Assembly: GCA_040954595.2 (NCBI GenBank)
Contig: CM082597.2
Coordinates: 5,337,244-5,401,243 of the forward strand
Reading direction: 5' to 3'
Length of the DNA: 64,000 nucleotides
Origin: Balanoglossus misakiensis
Taxonomy: Eukaryota > Animalia > Hemichordata
The translations under genes and the position numbers were made by a program. Shown here piece by piece: positions 12,359 through 25,300 of this stretch. Under the pieces are notes generated by a model that searched no databases, was not told the DNA's origin, and saw only the letters and a program-made list of their open reading frames with translations. Each line of letters starts with the position of its first letter. The first letter of the stretch is position 1.

Positions 12359-14339
12359 AATTCTTGGTTACCATTGTCTTCAATTGATCGTGGCTTGTTA
12401 CTTTTTCTGTCAGGTGATTTGCTTCTGTTGTAGTAAATCACTCAGTACCCCACAACCCCAATTTCAAAGACCCATATCACAAGTCATGTTTTGTAATTTT
12501 TGTACAGAAATGAATGTGTTTCATCGGAGCAATATTTTTTCTTGGCCGGAGCATATTGGCGGAAAGTGGTTTGTAAGTCAACTTGGATTATTTTCCGAAT
12601 GAAGGCTGGAACATATTTGCATTCTATAATCCTGCAACTGGCAATTGTATCTTTAAAGCTCCATTAGCTGTAACTTTTTCGCTATGTTTTTGGTATTTTA
12701 GTTGTGGGTATCTACTGCAGTTTCTTGTTCAAATTTCTGAAATATGATGAAATGCCGAGCATTTAGCTGATCAACACAACATGTATGTGTATAGTCAACT
12801 TTGTTATTGTGCAAAATTTGAATTTAAGTCCAGACTAGAATTCATCTGTCAACAATAACAGTGGTCGTTACACACCTACAGGCTATGTTGACTAGTGGAG
12901 TACTGGGTATATTAAAAAACATTTTGGAGTAGAGCCAGAAATTGCATTTTATACACAGAACAGAAATACTGGAAATAAAGCCACAGCTTATGTGTCCCTC
13001 TAAGTACAGACCACAATTAATGTTTGTGAAGGCAATCCGAGATTTCTGTGAAGTATATTTTCGTCCAGACACAAACTTGAGAGTGGTACCAATTTATTGT
13101 CCTATGGTCATCGTTACAGTGACTGAACTTATGAAACAAAATTAAGAAATATAAACTGATGAGACTTTTTAATAATTTGAAATATCATTTTTCTTGTCAT
13201 TGTCTGTGATGTCATTATTTTAATGGAATTATGACTTAACTGTGATGTTTCACTTTTCAAAGTAAAAAACGGAAACGTAGAATTTGTCTGAGTTTGTCGT
13301 TTTTGTACTGTTTCCTTCTAAATTCTGGTACTGAGTTGAGTTTTGAATTTGGGGCCGAGCTTCTGGTTTTGGTTACCATCATCCTCCACACACGCTAGCT
13401 ACATAACTTCACGACTCATAACAAAATTTTCTGAAAATGAAATGTATTTATTATGAAATAATTCAAGCAAGTTTACCACAGGCCTACATAAGACTAACGC
13501 AAACCGTGATCAAAGTTTAACAGTTTTACTAAATACAGAAAGCTTGGGTACATATTAGTTAGACATGTTGAAGTCAGTAGAATCCCCATGTGATGTAGGC
13601 CACAAAGCCTATTTTTGAACGTTGCTTCTCGACACAGAAAAAAAGTAGACGGGCCTGCTGTTGTTCACAGAATATAGGCTACCGACTTAAGCTGGCTATA
13701 ACCAGATATAATAGTCAATACAGTAGTTGTGTACTTTGTATTACATTCACACAGCGGTGGAAGAAATACTACGAAAATCGAGCATTCAGTCTATCGTTTG
13801 AACTTGTCAGTCTACTCCTGAATTTCGAAGGAAAGTAATGCTGTCTTCTTGAACAAAAATATCTGTATTTACAGATGTAAAGCTTCAAAATCAACGAGGA
13901 CAGCTTCAAGATATCATTACAACAGTAAAATCCATGACAATATGAGGGAAAAATAACAGGAAAAATATATATTTGTACACATCAAGTTTTTCAAGTTCAA
14001 CAACTCGGAACAGATTTCAACGGTCAGCTAGAATGAGATGTGAGCGTTGATGATATAGCGGGCAAGCATCGGTGAAATACAAAAAACACAAATGCGAGAA
14101 ATGAAACATTTCGGAACGTAACCGCGTTGTTTACACATCCATCTCACCGTGTTTTCTGGTAAAATTATCAAGATTTGGAATATTTACCGATGTTGGAAGG
14201 AATTCTTTACCAAATATCAATGTAGCGTGATACCACGGATGTACAGGTCTGGTTATTTAGTAGAATTTTCAAAACAAATGACAACAATTCTGTGATCTTT
14301 TTTGTGCAATGCAATGGTTAATGTTGAGAACTTTTCAAC

Positions 14340-15580
14340 AATCCTGCAATGCAGATTTTATTCATTTTTTTTGAAAAGTGAAGATTTTACAAAACACAAA
14401 ATTTTTCGCTAATTGTCTTTTTCATCTCACAAAAGTATCTTCCACATCATAATAATGAATTCTAACCCACACTCGCAGGGAAAAATATTAAAACTTGGAA
14501 GAAAATTTACAATACTGTTGACAAGTTTGTCTATGAAAAGCATTGATGATTCAATTTGTAAGCTTAACATTGTATTACATTGTAAACAGTAAAAATTGAA
14601 GATTTTACAAACCATAAAAATTTTCAACAATGTGATTTTCATCTCACAGGATCATCTTTTACATCATTATAATAAAATCTAGCCCACACTTGCAGGGAAA
14701 ATAATCAAAACTTGGAAGAAAATTTACAATACTGTTGACATTTCTATGTATAAAAATCATGATGATTCAATTTCTAAAACATAACATTGTAAATATTAAA
14801 AATTGAATGTTTTACAAACATAAAAATTTTCTCCAATTGTGTTTTTCATCTCATAAGACCATCTTCTACATCATAATAATGAAATCTAGCCCATACTTGC
14901 AGGGAAAATTTTCAAAACTTGGAAGAAAATTTACAATACTGTTGACATGTCTGTGTATAAAAAGCATTGTTGTTTCAATGTCTAAAATATTTCAGGGTAA
15001 ATATTAAAAATTGAAGATTTTACAAAACATAAAATTTTTCTCCAATTGTGTTTTTCATCTCATAAGATTATCTTTTACATCATAATAATGAAAACTAGCC
15101 CACACTTGCCAGGAAAATATCTTATATTTCCAAGAAAATTTATAATACTGTTGACATGTCTGTGTATAAAAAGCATGGTTGATTCAATTTCTAAAATATT
15201 ACATTGTAAATATTGAAAATTGAAGATTTTACAAAACATAAAATTTTTCTCCAATTGTGTTTTTCATCTCATAAGATTATCTTTTACATCATAATAATGA
15301 AAACTAGCCCACACTTGCCAGGAAAATATCTTATATTTCCAAGAAAATTTATAATACTGTTGACATGTCTGTGTATAAAAAGCATGGTTGATTCAATTTC
15401 TAAAATATTACATTGTAAATATTGAAAATTGAAGATTTTACAAAACATAAAAATTTTCTCCAATTTTGTTTTTCATCTCATAAGATTGTTTTTTACATCA
15501 TAATAATGAAATCTAGCCCACACTTGCAGGGACAATATCCATTATTTCCAAGAAATTTTGGGATGTTGTTGACATTTTTG
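14340..15580. repeat. Tandem satellite, ~209-bp unit, about 6 copies, starting immediately after the NHL exon stop codon
   Basis: 'tgaagattttacaaa..cataaaa' recurs at ~14379, 14597, 14804, 15012, 15221 and 15430. Confidence 0.92.
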
Positions 15581-16365
15581 TTACGGGTAGAATACTTCGA
15601 TACAGGGCTCCTCCAATTCTGTCCAAACTATTCTACCGTCAGGAAACACACCAACACCCCTAGGCTCTCCTTGGGCTTCAGTGACATCACATAAATACTC
15701 CCCGTCTGAATTGAACTTCACAACCTTCCCATCCCCCCTCCAATCACACACATAGATGTTATCATTCTGATCACAACAGATTCCCCATGGGACCAGTAAG
15801 TGACAATGTCCAAATGAAGACAGTGTGTTGAGATCACTGTCCAAAACATAGATACAATGTTTACCTATACATGACACAATGAGTTGATTTTGACTGTTCA
15901 GTCGCACACAATAGGGATGTCTGAGTTGTTTACGTGCAGTTCTTTTACCAAATCTGTCATATTTTATCACACAGTCTCCACCATAGTCTGCTACATAAAC
16001 ATTGCCATGGTTACACACACACACACCAGTGGGCCCTTTCAATTCACCCATCCCGATGACCTGCTTGACTTTACACTTTGAATCACTCACAATAATACAT
16101 TTATTTCCATCATCAGCCATGTAATGAATGTTTTTATCAGACACAGCGACATCATATGGGTCGAATGTCTTTGGCATTGCATGGAAAGATAAAATAGACA
16201 CACACTGATTATCACGACTGGTCAGTCTTTGTATTCTCTCATTGCCCGGGTCACACACAACCACGTCTCCATCCGGGGTTATCACCAATCCCAGTGGCCC
16301 CACGACTTCTCCTGGTTCCCTACCTTCACCCGACAATTTCCTGACAGTATCTTTCGGAGGAATTC
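15581..16365 (-). CDS. Terminal exon: NHL-repeat six-bladed beta-propeller (TRIM2/3/71-like)
   Basis: Repeated P-x-G-h-x-h-xxxG-x-h-Y-V-x-D motifs; phase-1 acceptor tttacctgcag; TAA stop at 15581-15583. Confidence 0.9.
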
Positions 16366-19300
16366 CTGCAGGTAAACAAGAGAGGTCAAAGGTCAAATAG
16401 CAGCCTACACACTTTCCAGTTCAAAACCAAATTTTCTGTGAACGAAAAATCGAATGCTTTCCAAATTTTGTTGCCATGGATTTTGTGCTGACAAAATTTG
16501 GATGTCAAACAACATCGGTGTGGCTACTAAAGTCATGTTACCATGGAAACATTCTGATGATGAATTATTTTTCTGCATTTTCTTGCTTGTATCAATGTTA
16601 TTTTGAATTTTGTTGATTTTGATGAAATATATGAATTTGGTTGAACTTTGTGCATTCACAGTTGTAATACAGATAGCCTTGTCTCCATGGAAACATTCTG
16701 ATCAATAATTATTTTTCTGCTTTTTCTTGCTTAGAACAGTATTATTTTGGATCAGGTTGATTTGGAACAGGATTTGTGCAATTGGTTCAAGTTTGTGTGG
16801 TTATTGTTGTATGTCGTCCAGCCCCGTTTCCATGGAAACTTTTTGAACAAAAATTATTTTTCTGCATTTTTTTGCTTATAACACTGTCATTTTTTATTAT
16901 GCCCATTTGGAACAGTATTTGTGAAATTGGTTCAACTTTATGTAGCCAGTGCTGTATGGCTTACAGCCCTGTTTCCATGGAAACGTTTTGAACAAAAATT
17001 ATTTTCCTGCATTTTCTTGCTTATAACACTGTCATTTTTGATTATGCCCATTTGGAACAGGATTTGTGAAATTGGTTCAACTTTATGTAGCCAGTGTTGT
17101 ATGGCTTACAACCCTGTTTCCATGGAAACGTTTTGAACAAAAAATATTGTTCTGCATTTTCTTGCATACAACTATTATTTTGGATTGCAGTAATTTGGAA
17201 TGGGCTTTGTGAAATTGGTTCAACTTTTTGTAGTTATTGTTGTAAGTAGGACGACCTTGTTTCCATGGTAATATTTCAAACAACAATTATTTTTCTGCAT
17301 CTTCTTGCTTATAACAGTATTTTTTTGATTGGGTTGATTTTGAATGGGATGGGTGAAATTGGCTTATCTTCGTGTAATCATTGTCTTACAGCCTTGTTTC
17401 CATGGAAACGTTTTGTATAAAAAGTATTTTTCTGCATTTTCTTGCTTATAACACTGTAATTTTGGATTGTACTGATTTGGAATTGGATTTGTGGAATTGT
17501 CTTAACTGTATGTTGTCATGGTATGTCTCACAGCCATGTTTCCATGGAAACGTTTTTAACAAAAATTATATTTCTGAATTTTCTTGCTTATAACAGTATT
17601 TTTGAATGGGTTAATTTGGTATGGGTTTTGTGAAATTGCTCAACTTTAGTTTAGTAATTGTTGTAAGTCCTAAAGCTTTGTTTCCATGGTAACATTTCAA
17701 ATAAAAATGAATTTTTTCTACATCTTCTTGCTTAGAACATTATTGTTTGGGATCGGGTTGCTTGGAAATGGGATTTGTGATTAGAATAAGTTTGTTTTGT
17801 AATGTATTTCTAAAAACTTTATTTGCATGGAAACTTTCTTATCCCAAAATGAGTTTTTGGTATTTTCTTGCTTACAAAAGTAGTATTTTTTATTTGGATA
17901 CACTGCATTACTGATTGCATGACTGTTTCCCGGCCTGTTGTAGTTTTAATCCATTGTACTACACGTCATGTCATTGGATAATATTTTCCTTGGGTTAATG
18001 AATGAACGTTAAAAATCCGCCAATGTCATATACATGTAATGCTTTAAATTTGGGTGTGTGACATAGTGGTGTCGAATTATCCCCACATATCTCATCCCAC
18101 ACTCTCAGCAGCCGTGAATGTGTAAGAAACCTATTTAACTACCACAGCTCATTGATAACTGCTCCAGATCAAATACTACAGTAACCGACATGGCAGTGCT
18201 ATATTGAGGAATCAGTTCCTTAATTTCTCTTACAATATTTTCAAATAATCATCAGTTGCTGACAAAAGACTTGGACTGAAACTTTCTTTTTTATTACTCA
18301 GTTTTCACTCTGGTTGATTCAGCTAGTTGCAAATTGATCCACATTGTTCTGGTTTTAGCCTATCTTTATAAGCATTTTTACTATTTAAGGGCATTCTCTT
18401 TTTTCTTCTCGAAGTGAGTCCTATAGGTCAAAGTCCTATGTAGCCACCATTGTTACTGAGATTGCACATCACGTTACTGTACAGCATGTGTCATTATTTG
18501 AAGAAAATTGTACACTTACCCTTGAGTAGTCGATACTTCTGATGTAATAGTTCTTTGCATACATCAACCTTCTGCTGTAGTTTCTGATTGTCCATAATCA
18601 ATGCAGGTATGTTGCTCACCATCTCCTTCAAACCAATAAATTCTGAATACAGCCTTAGCTCTTCTGGGCTTTCTTTTTCTGCTTCTATAGATCGCCCCCT
18701 GGAAACACTTTTCATCCATGTCTTGTCGCCAAGCTTTCCCTTGCATACGCGGTTTTCCAGTTCCTGTGCCATACAGAGGTGCTTCCTTTTGTTGATGTTG
18801 TAAATCAACGTTGGCAGAATTCTCTCTGTTGGTGTAGATATTGCCTCCATGCTGCTGACTGTTGCTTTGGCATCTCCATCTTCCATCCGAAGACTTTGAG
18901 ATAAACATTCTTCCATGGATTTGGCCAGTGCATCTTTCTGTTTAGCAGCAGCTGGAAGGAATTAAAGAATGATTCATTAAGGTAAAGATTGTTAGCTCAT
19001 GAAGATTCAATCTGACTGATTTTTACTGTTCTCGGGAGTTAGCTTTCAGCTTACCACAATTTCTGCTGGGAGGGCATTATTTCATTAATTGCAATTATTT
19101 AATTTGGCAACTTAATTATTAACGACTACATTTCCAAAGCATGTTCAGGAAAGCGATCTTAACAAAATGAACAAATGAAAGCATTGAGGAGCTATTTATA
19201 TAGACTCACCAATCAACTCTTCTCTACAAAGCTCATATTCCTGACAACGAATTACACCTTCTAATGTCAGAAATCTTGCACCAATCTCTATGAGAAGCAC

Positions 19301-22300
19301 TTCATCTATCATAGTATGCATGGCGATTTTATCAAGCCAGCCACTGGTGAATGCATCCCACAATGCATCTGCTGCTTCAAGAGACCTACACGTCATCACA
19401 AACGTCAGACATCCTTTGTCAATTGATTCTCCTTTTATATCTTCATGAGTAGACAGAAGTTCGTTCATATAGGCATGCGAGTTTCGTTTGGTGATTTCAC
19501 TGCTGAAGAAGTCTTTCTCTATTACTTTCATGCGTTTTCCTTTTTCTGGTATGCCATCTCTCACACGTAGCTTCACAGAGAGTTGACCTATATGACAAAA
19601 CCATACTAGACTGTTATGGTGATAATCTTAAGCTTGTGTAGAATTGCCAATGCTCCTTTCTTTCTGAAAATGACCCTTTCTTACATATAGTGATACAAGT
19701 TTGTAAAAATAATTTAAAGGGGAAGTCCGGTCTAGGTGATTTCTACATAATTTGGTAGCTTTGACGTCACTCTTTCATAAAAAACATATTTGCCATGTAT
19801 AAGTCGCGCGAGTTTTTACATCATTTTCCGATTGGTGTCACTTCGTGACAGGCTAAGTGTATATGCATATTTTTCATGGGTTATATAGACTAATAGCTCC
19901 TGAAAAATGTCAACAGATGACAAATTTTCAACTTTGCTCCTGATTGCTTATCAACTGACGCAAAGTACAAACAATATGCAAATACGCCTAATGTTTTTTT
20001 TTTTTTCTGAAAGAGTGACCTCAAAGCTACCAAATTATGTAGAAATCAGCTGGATCGGATTTCCCGTTTAATGGACACTATAAGTTTAGAAGCAAAAAGA
20101 AATGTCAAAACAGTCTACACACTCGGTAAGACATGTTGGCAATGGTGTGTTTACTATTCATTTCATTCGTCGAAGCTTACCCTTTTTGCGTTTTTTATCC
20201 TTTGACGTAGAGGTGAGATGAATCTCTGTGATTTTTGATTCATTTGCTTCATCGATGTTATCCTTTCCATGTTTATCCTCTGTGGAATGATGAAGAAATG
20301 AAAATGTTCAGTCATGGCTGTGAACCAATTATAATTACCATGTTTAAATCATAGTTAGCTCGTAGGTGAATTCTCACATGGCAGTGAAATACAAAATGTT
20401 AGCTTTCAATCGTTAATCGAGTTTTACCCAGTGTGCAGTGTGCTGATTTCGTTAACATGTTTCTATTTGAATAAACTTTACAAGTTAGTTTGATACAATG
20501 ATACAATAACTGAAAAGCAAAAACCTTAGACCCCATCTGAGAACTTCACATTTTACTTACTTTTCTTGTGCTTTCCATTTTTCTTTTTACCCTCAGTAGA
20601 GCTGGGTTCAGGATTTTCAGTGTTTTGCTCTGTAGTTTGGTCACCACTACCATTTCCGGTACGTTGCTTTCCTGTAAATAATTGAGAAGCACATCATGGT
20701 TACGAACACAAGATTCCCTTTGAATGTGCATGCTCAGAATAATATGGACGACAAAATGTTCATAATTTTGACATTTCAAAAAGTGCATACATTTACACTT
20801 GAAGGAAAATTGGTGATTGAACTTTCGGTGTGAACTTGCGATGTAACAACACTTGTTATCAACTTTTACTTTCTCTAACAGTTATTCAAGTGAAACACAT
20901 TACAACCTTATGTTCCAATTTCAACCATGCATTCGTTTTTTTATAACTTGCGTACAGGGAATTGGTTATCGTTCACTTTGTAGTTCATGTGTAACATTAC
21001 TATTGTTATAGTTAACAATTGTCACAATACTATGTCATTTTTTGTTTGATTCTACAAACCTTGTTTATTCTTCTTTTGTTTCTTGGTCCTTTTGTGTTTT
21101 CCACTTTCTTCAGTACCATGATCCTCTACTCTGTCTTCCTCATCAGTGCCAGGTTTATGTTGCTTCTCTGAATGATGAAATAATAAATGATTAAACATTA
21201 GGTCAATTCATGATGAATGCATGGAAGAAAATCGAATAGAATTTGGTGGGTTTTTAAATCACTTACTCTTCTTGCGCTTTTTATGCTTTTTGTGCATTGG
21301 ACGGACTTGGGCACTTTCACTGGTAGGAAGGTTTGCTGTTTTCTCCAGATCACTTATGACGTCATCTGTATCCTGTTCGTCTGTGGGAGAAAAAATGATA
21401 GGCTTATTCGTTGATACATATTCAAGGATCATGAATGACTAGGTATTCAAACATTAGGTCAAATCTACAATTAAACATATTCAGGTAGGACCATTTACCA
21501 AAACTTAAGGTGCATACATCATTTCATACCTTCAGAAACGAGCTTCCGTTTTCTATCACTTTTCTCTTTTTTATCCTCGGAAATACTTTGCCTTTCCACT
21601 GACACACTGTCATCTTCAATCTCTCTTGATTCTAGATGATGGGGGATATAATAATAGGTTGAGAAGGGACATATCGAGAAATCATAAGTAATATTACAAA
21701 TTTTGATTGTAGTACTTTTGTACTACGGTGTGTTCTCATTACAGGTGAAGATGTTCACAAATTGGAAACCATGCAGTTGTTTGCAAACCTTGTTTTCTCT
21801 TCTTCCGCTTTTTATCCTTCTTGCGTTTCGCACCCTTTCTTTTTTCGCTGACGACGCTTTCGGTCTGTTGCTCGTCTGTGAAGAGACAGAATGTATTGTA
21901 GGGTCTTAGGAATCATGGATTAACTTGTTTCAAATAATTCAAACCAGAATTAATAATATTAATCCAAGTGTACGTATATTGGCTTGAAGTGTATGAAAGC
22001 AACACCTGCAGATTAAAAGGCAATACATATTAGGTAATTTATTACAATTGGTGACAGTGTTCGGTATGCAATGGTTCACACCTTACATACCTTCAGGATC
22101 AACTTTCCGTTTTTTAGCACTTTTTCGTTGTGTGCCGTCTGAAGAACCAGGAATGGGATTTTCTTCACTTGGCAATTCGCTTGCACCTTCAAACATTACC
22201 TGTTCTTCTGTATAAACACAAAAAGCAATAATAGTCGTCAAGGAAACGATAACAGAAGTGATCACATGAATATCAAAACCAGAATAGATATTACACCCAA

Positions 22301-25300
22301 GTTGAAAAATGTATAAAGCGATATTTTCCTTGCTACAAATGAGAGATAGCATGAATAAATTGAATCTTCTAAGCCTCGGCACTCAGAGTGATTATATTGA
22401 AAACCTGGCGAATGTATTGTAAAACACATAAATATCCCCCATTTAAATGAAATTGGCTTACAAAACAATATATTTTCGCAAAAATACCGTTTTTTTCTTG
22501 CAATTGCATTTAAACACATTTCCAATAAGCTTTACTTTAAGAGAAAAAATCATTCAGACAGTGGGCAAAGATCAGATGGTACTAGATTCATTCATTCATT
22601 AGACGATGGTGACTCGTGTTCTACTTACGTGGTCACAAGTTCTTTCAAAATGAGGAAATTATATATACCGCTATGATCATAGAATTGTTTCTAGTGAACA
22701 TACAGAATCGTATATTCATTGTCACAACAAGAGCTCATTATCAATAGAAGGTTGTATGTCTGTTAATGCAAATGTTTCCAAACCTTGTTTCTTTTTCTTG
22801 AGTTTTTTCTTCTTTCTCCGTTTTGTGCCCTCATCTGTACCACCACTTGGGTTCCCTGCAGACCCAGAAGCTACTGGCTCTTTATCATCGTCATCCCTTT
22901 GTTGCTTTTCTAATGAATTGAAACGAAGGAAATAGAATCACTTAGGATACAAGGAGTGCACGAAAATTTCGTATCTGTGTGGATGTTGCACTTTCTGATT
23001 TGACAGTGTAAGACCTTTTCATACAATTCAGCTCATTTTTGATAACATGTTCTGTCTTTCCCCTCTATGAAGATGCAGTTATTAAACCCAATATGCATCA
23101 AATGTAGAGAAAGTTAGCAAAGTCAACGTATATATTTTGTTACCGTGAGCAAAGTAATTGTATATGTATATACTGGTTCAAAAGAGTTAAGCTGCACAAG
23201 TTACAAACCTTCAACAACCTTCTTCCGTTTCTTTCCACCTTTCCGCTTTTTACCGTCAGACGTCCCAGGGGTGGGATTTCCGGGATTTCCGTCGCTTTCA
23301 ACATTAACATCTTCATCCATCTGCTCCGCTGCATAAATACAAAATCATCAAATAGTAGATCATAAGGAAATGGTAAACAATCACCACATCTAGTGTCCTA
23401 TCACAGGATTTGCAGTAAACGTTCGGACTAAGTGGTTGGACAACATTTATACATAGATGAACGCCATGTATAACATTTACACAAAATGGCAACTATGACT
23501 CAGTTATAACACAGGTAAATGACAGAATACTTTTTGGAAGAGTGTATATATAGCAAACCTTGTTTTGCCTTCTTGCGTTTCTTCTTCTTTTTGCGTTTTG
23601 CAGTCTCGCCCTTACTACCACTGGTTTTCTCCACTTCATCTGGTTCATTTACGTCATCATCCTTAGGTTGTTGCTCTGAAAACAAATAACATAAATCATT
23701 GAACAAACGGTAGATCATAGCACGAGTATTAAGCGAACGTTTTCACTACAAATGTTTTGTAGTTTTACAAGTGACCATACGTGACTCAAATCCACATTGT
23801 CACAACGTTAGCTTTGTATTACTATGATGCTGAATGTCTGATAATACTAATGTTTCCAAACCTTGTTTCTTTTTCTTCAGTTTTTTCTTCTTTCTCCGTT
23901 TTCTGCCTTCAGCTGTACCACCGCTTGGGTTCCCTACAGACCCAGAAGCTACTGGCTCTTTGTCATCATTGTTCTTGTCATGCTTTTCTAATTAATTGAA
24001 AGGACATAAGTAGAATCACCAGGGATACAATGCGTGAATTCGTGATTTAATAATGAGAAATTGTAATTATGTTTCTTCCCGATATTGGTCTTCGTAATGA
24101 GACTTGTCTGTACCCTACAGCTCAATTGTCTCCAGGACACACAATGCTTAGCAGGAAACACGCAACACGTTTTTAAATTATTAAACCAAATACGTACACA
24201 TTTAAAATTATTGTTCGGGAAATATTCCAAAGCTGGAGTCAAAATAGCGACCAGGATTCAGCTATTTAATATAGAAACCTCGGACAACTATTTAAAAGAT
24301 TGTACACTGTGACAAACCTTCTTGTACAGTCTCGCCTTCACCGTCACTTTTATTCTCTACTACATCCGGTTCATTTACATGTACGTCATCTCCTTGAAGT
24401 TGATCCTCTGAAAACAAATGCATAAAACATTCAATGTAGTAGTATGTACAAGAACATGTGGTGAGTTTTACTTCTAGCTCCATTTTCAATACTGACCTCA
24501 TCTTCCATACCGTGTTTCTCAGTAAACTGTAGTATAGTAAACAGAAAGCATCGTGCAGTGTCTAGACAACTACCTTTAGTTACATATTAAGATACATCTT
24601 ATAAGTAGCTCCACCACCAAGTAAGTTTGCATTGTGCAAATTTGCTTCTGCTTCGGATCAAACGGAATTTGGAATTATGACTAGACATTAAATAACACCA
24701 TATTTCAATTATGATACTGCTGGCAGTGTTGATGACGAAGACAAAAATACGTACACATGTTAGTAATAAACTTCATGTGGCAAATATATCTTGCAATTGT
24801 TCAGTGCACACAGATTAAGGTTCGTGAAGTACAATAATCTGACTGACAACGATAATAGTTATAATAATATTATTTGACAGATCTGTGTCTTTTTACCTGA
24901 CTGTAATTCCTGCATTTCTTGATATGGCTCTACCACTTCGTTGAACAAATGCTTCATTTCGTCATTCACTTTGAGCGTCTGGACGCGAAGTTCCTCTCTG
25001 ATCTCAAGTGATATTCCAAGGAACATCTGGTACTTGTTCACCACCTCGACAATTCTCTTCCTCAGGGCGTCCGGTTGGACGTCCATGTCGACTTCCACTT
25101 GATCAACGAAGAGAGGAAGGTATTCCTCAACAACATGATGTGATGGTGAGCCTCTGGGAATGACAGTGGGAATTCCAAGCGCCATCGCAGTGAGTGCAAC
25201 ATCGATAGAATTGACTGACGTCGGGGGTACCACTACCAATTGGGCAGACTGTAGTTCTCTGATGATGTCACTATTTGCAGATGGAAACTCCTGGTAAAGT

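Noticed and set aside
14340-17880. CRISPR-like arrays
   Set aside because: Whole ~209-bp and ~144-bp units repeat with no unique spacers, and no cas genes are present; these are satellites. ORFs within them (14427-15694, 16405-17593) are artefacts.
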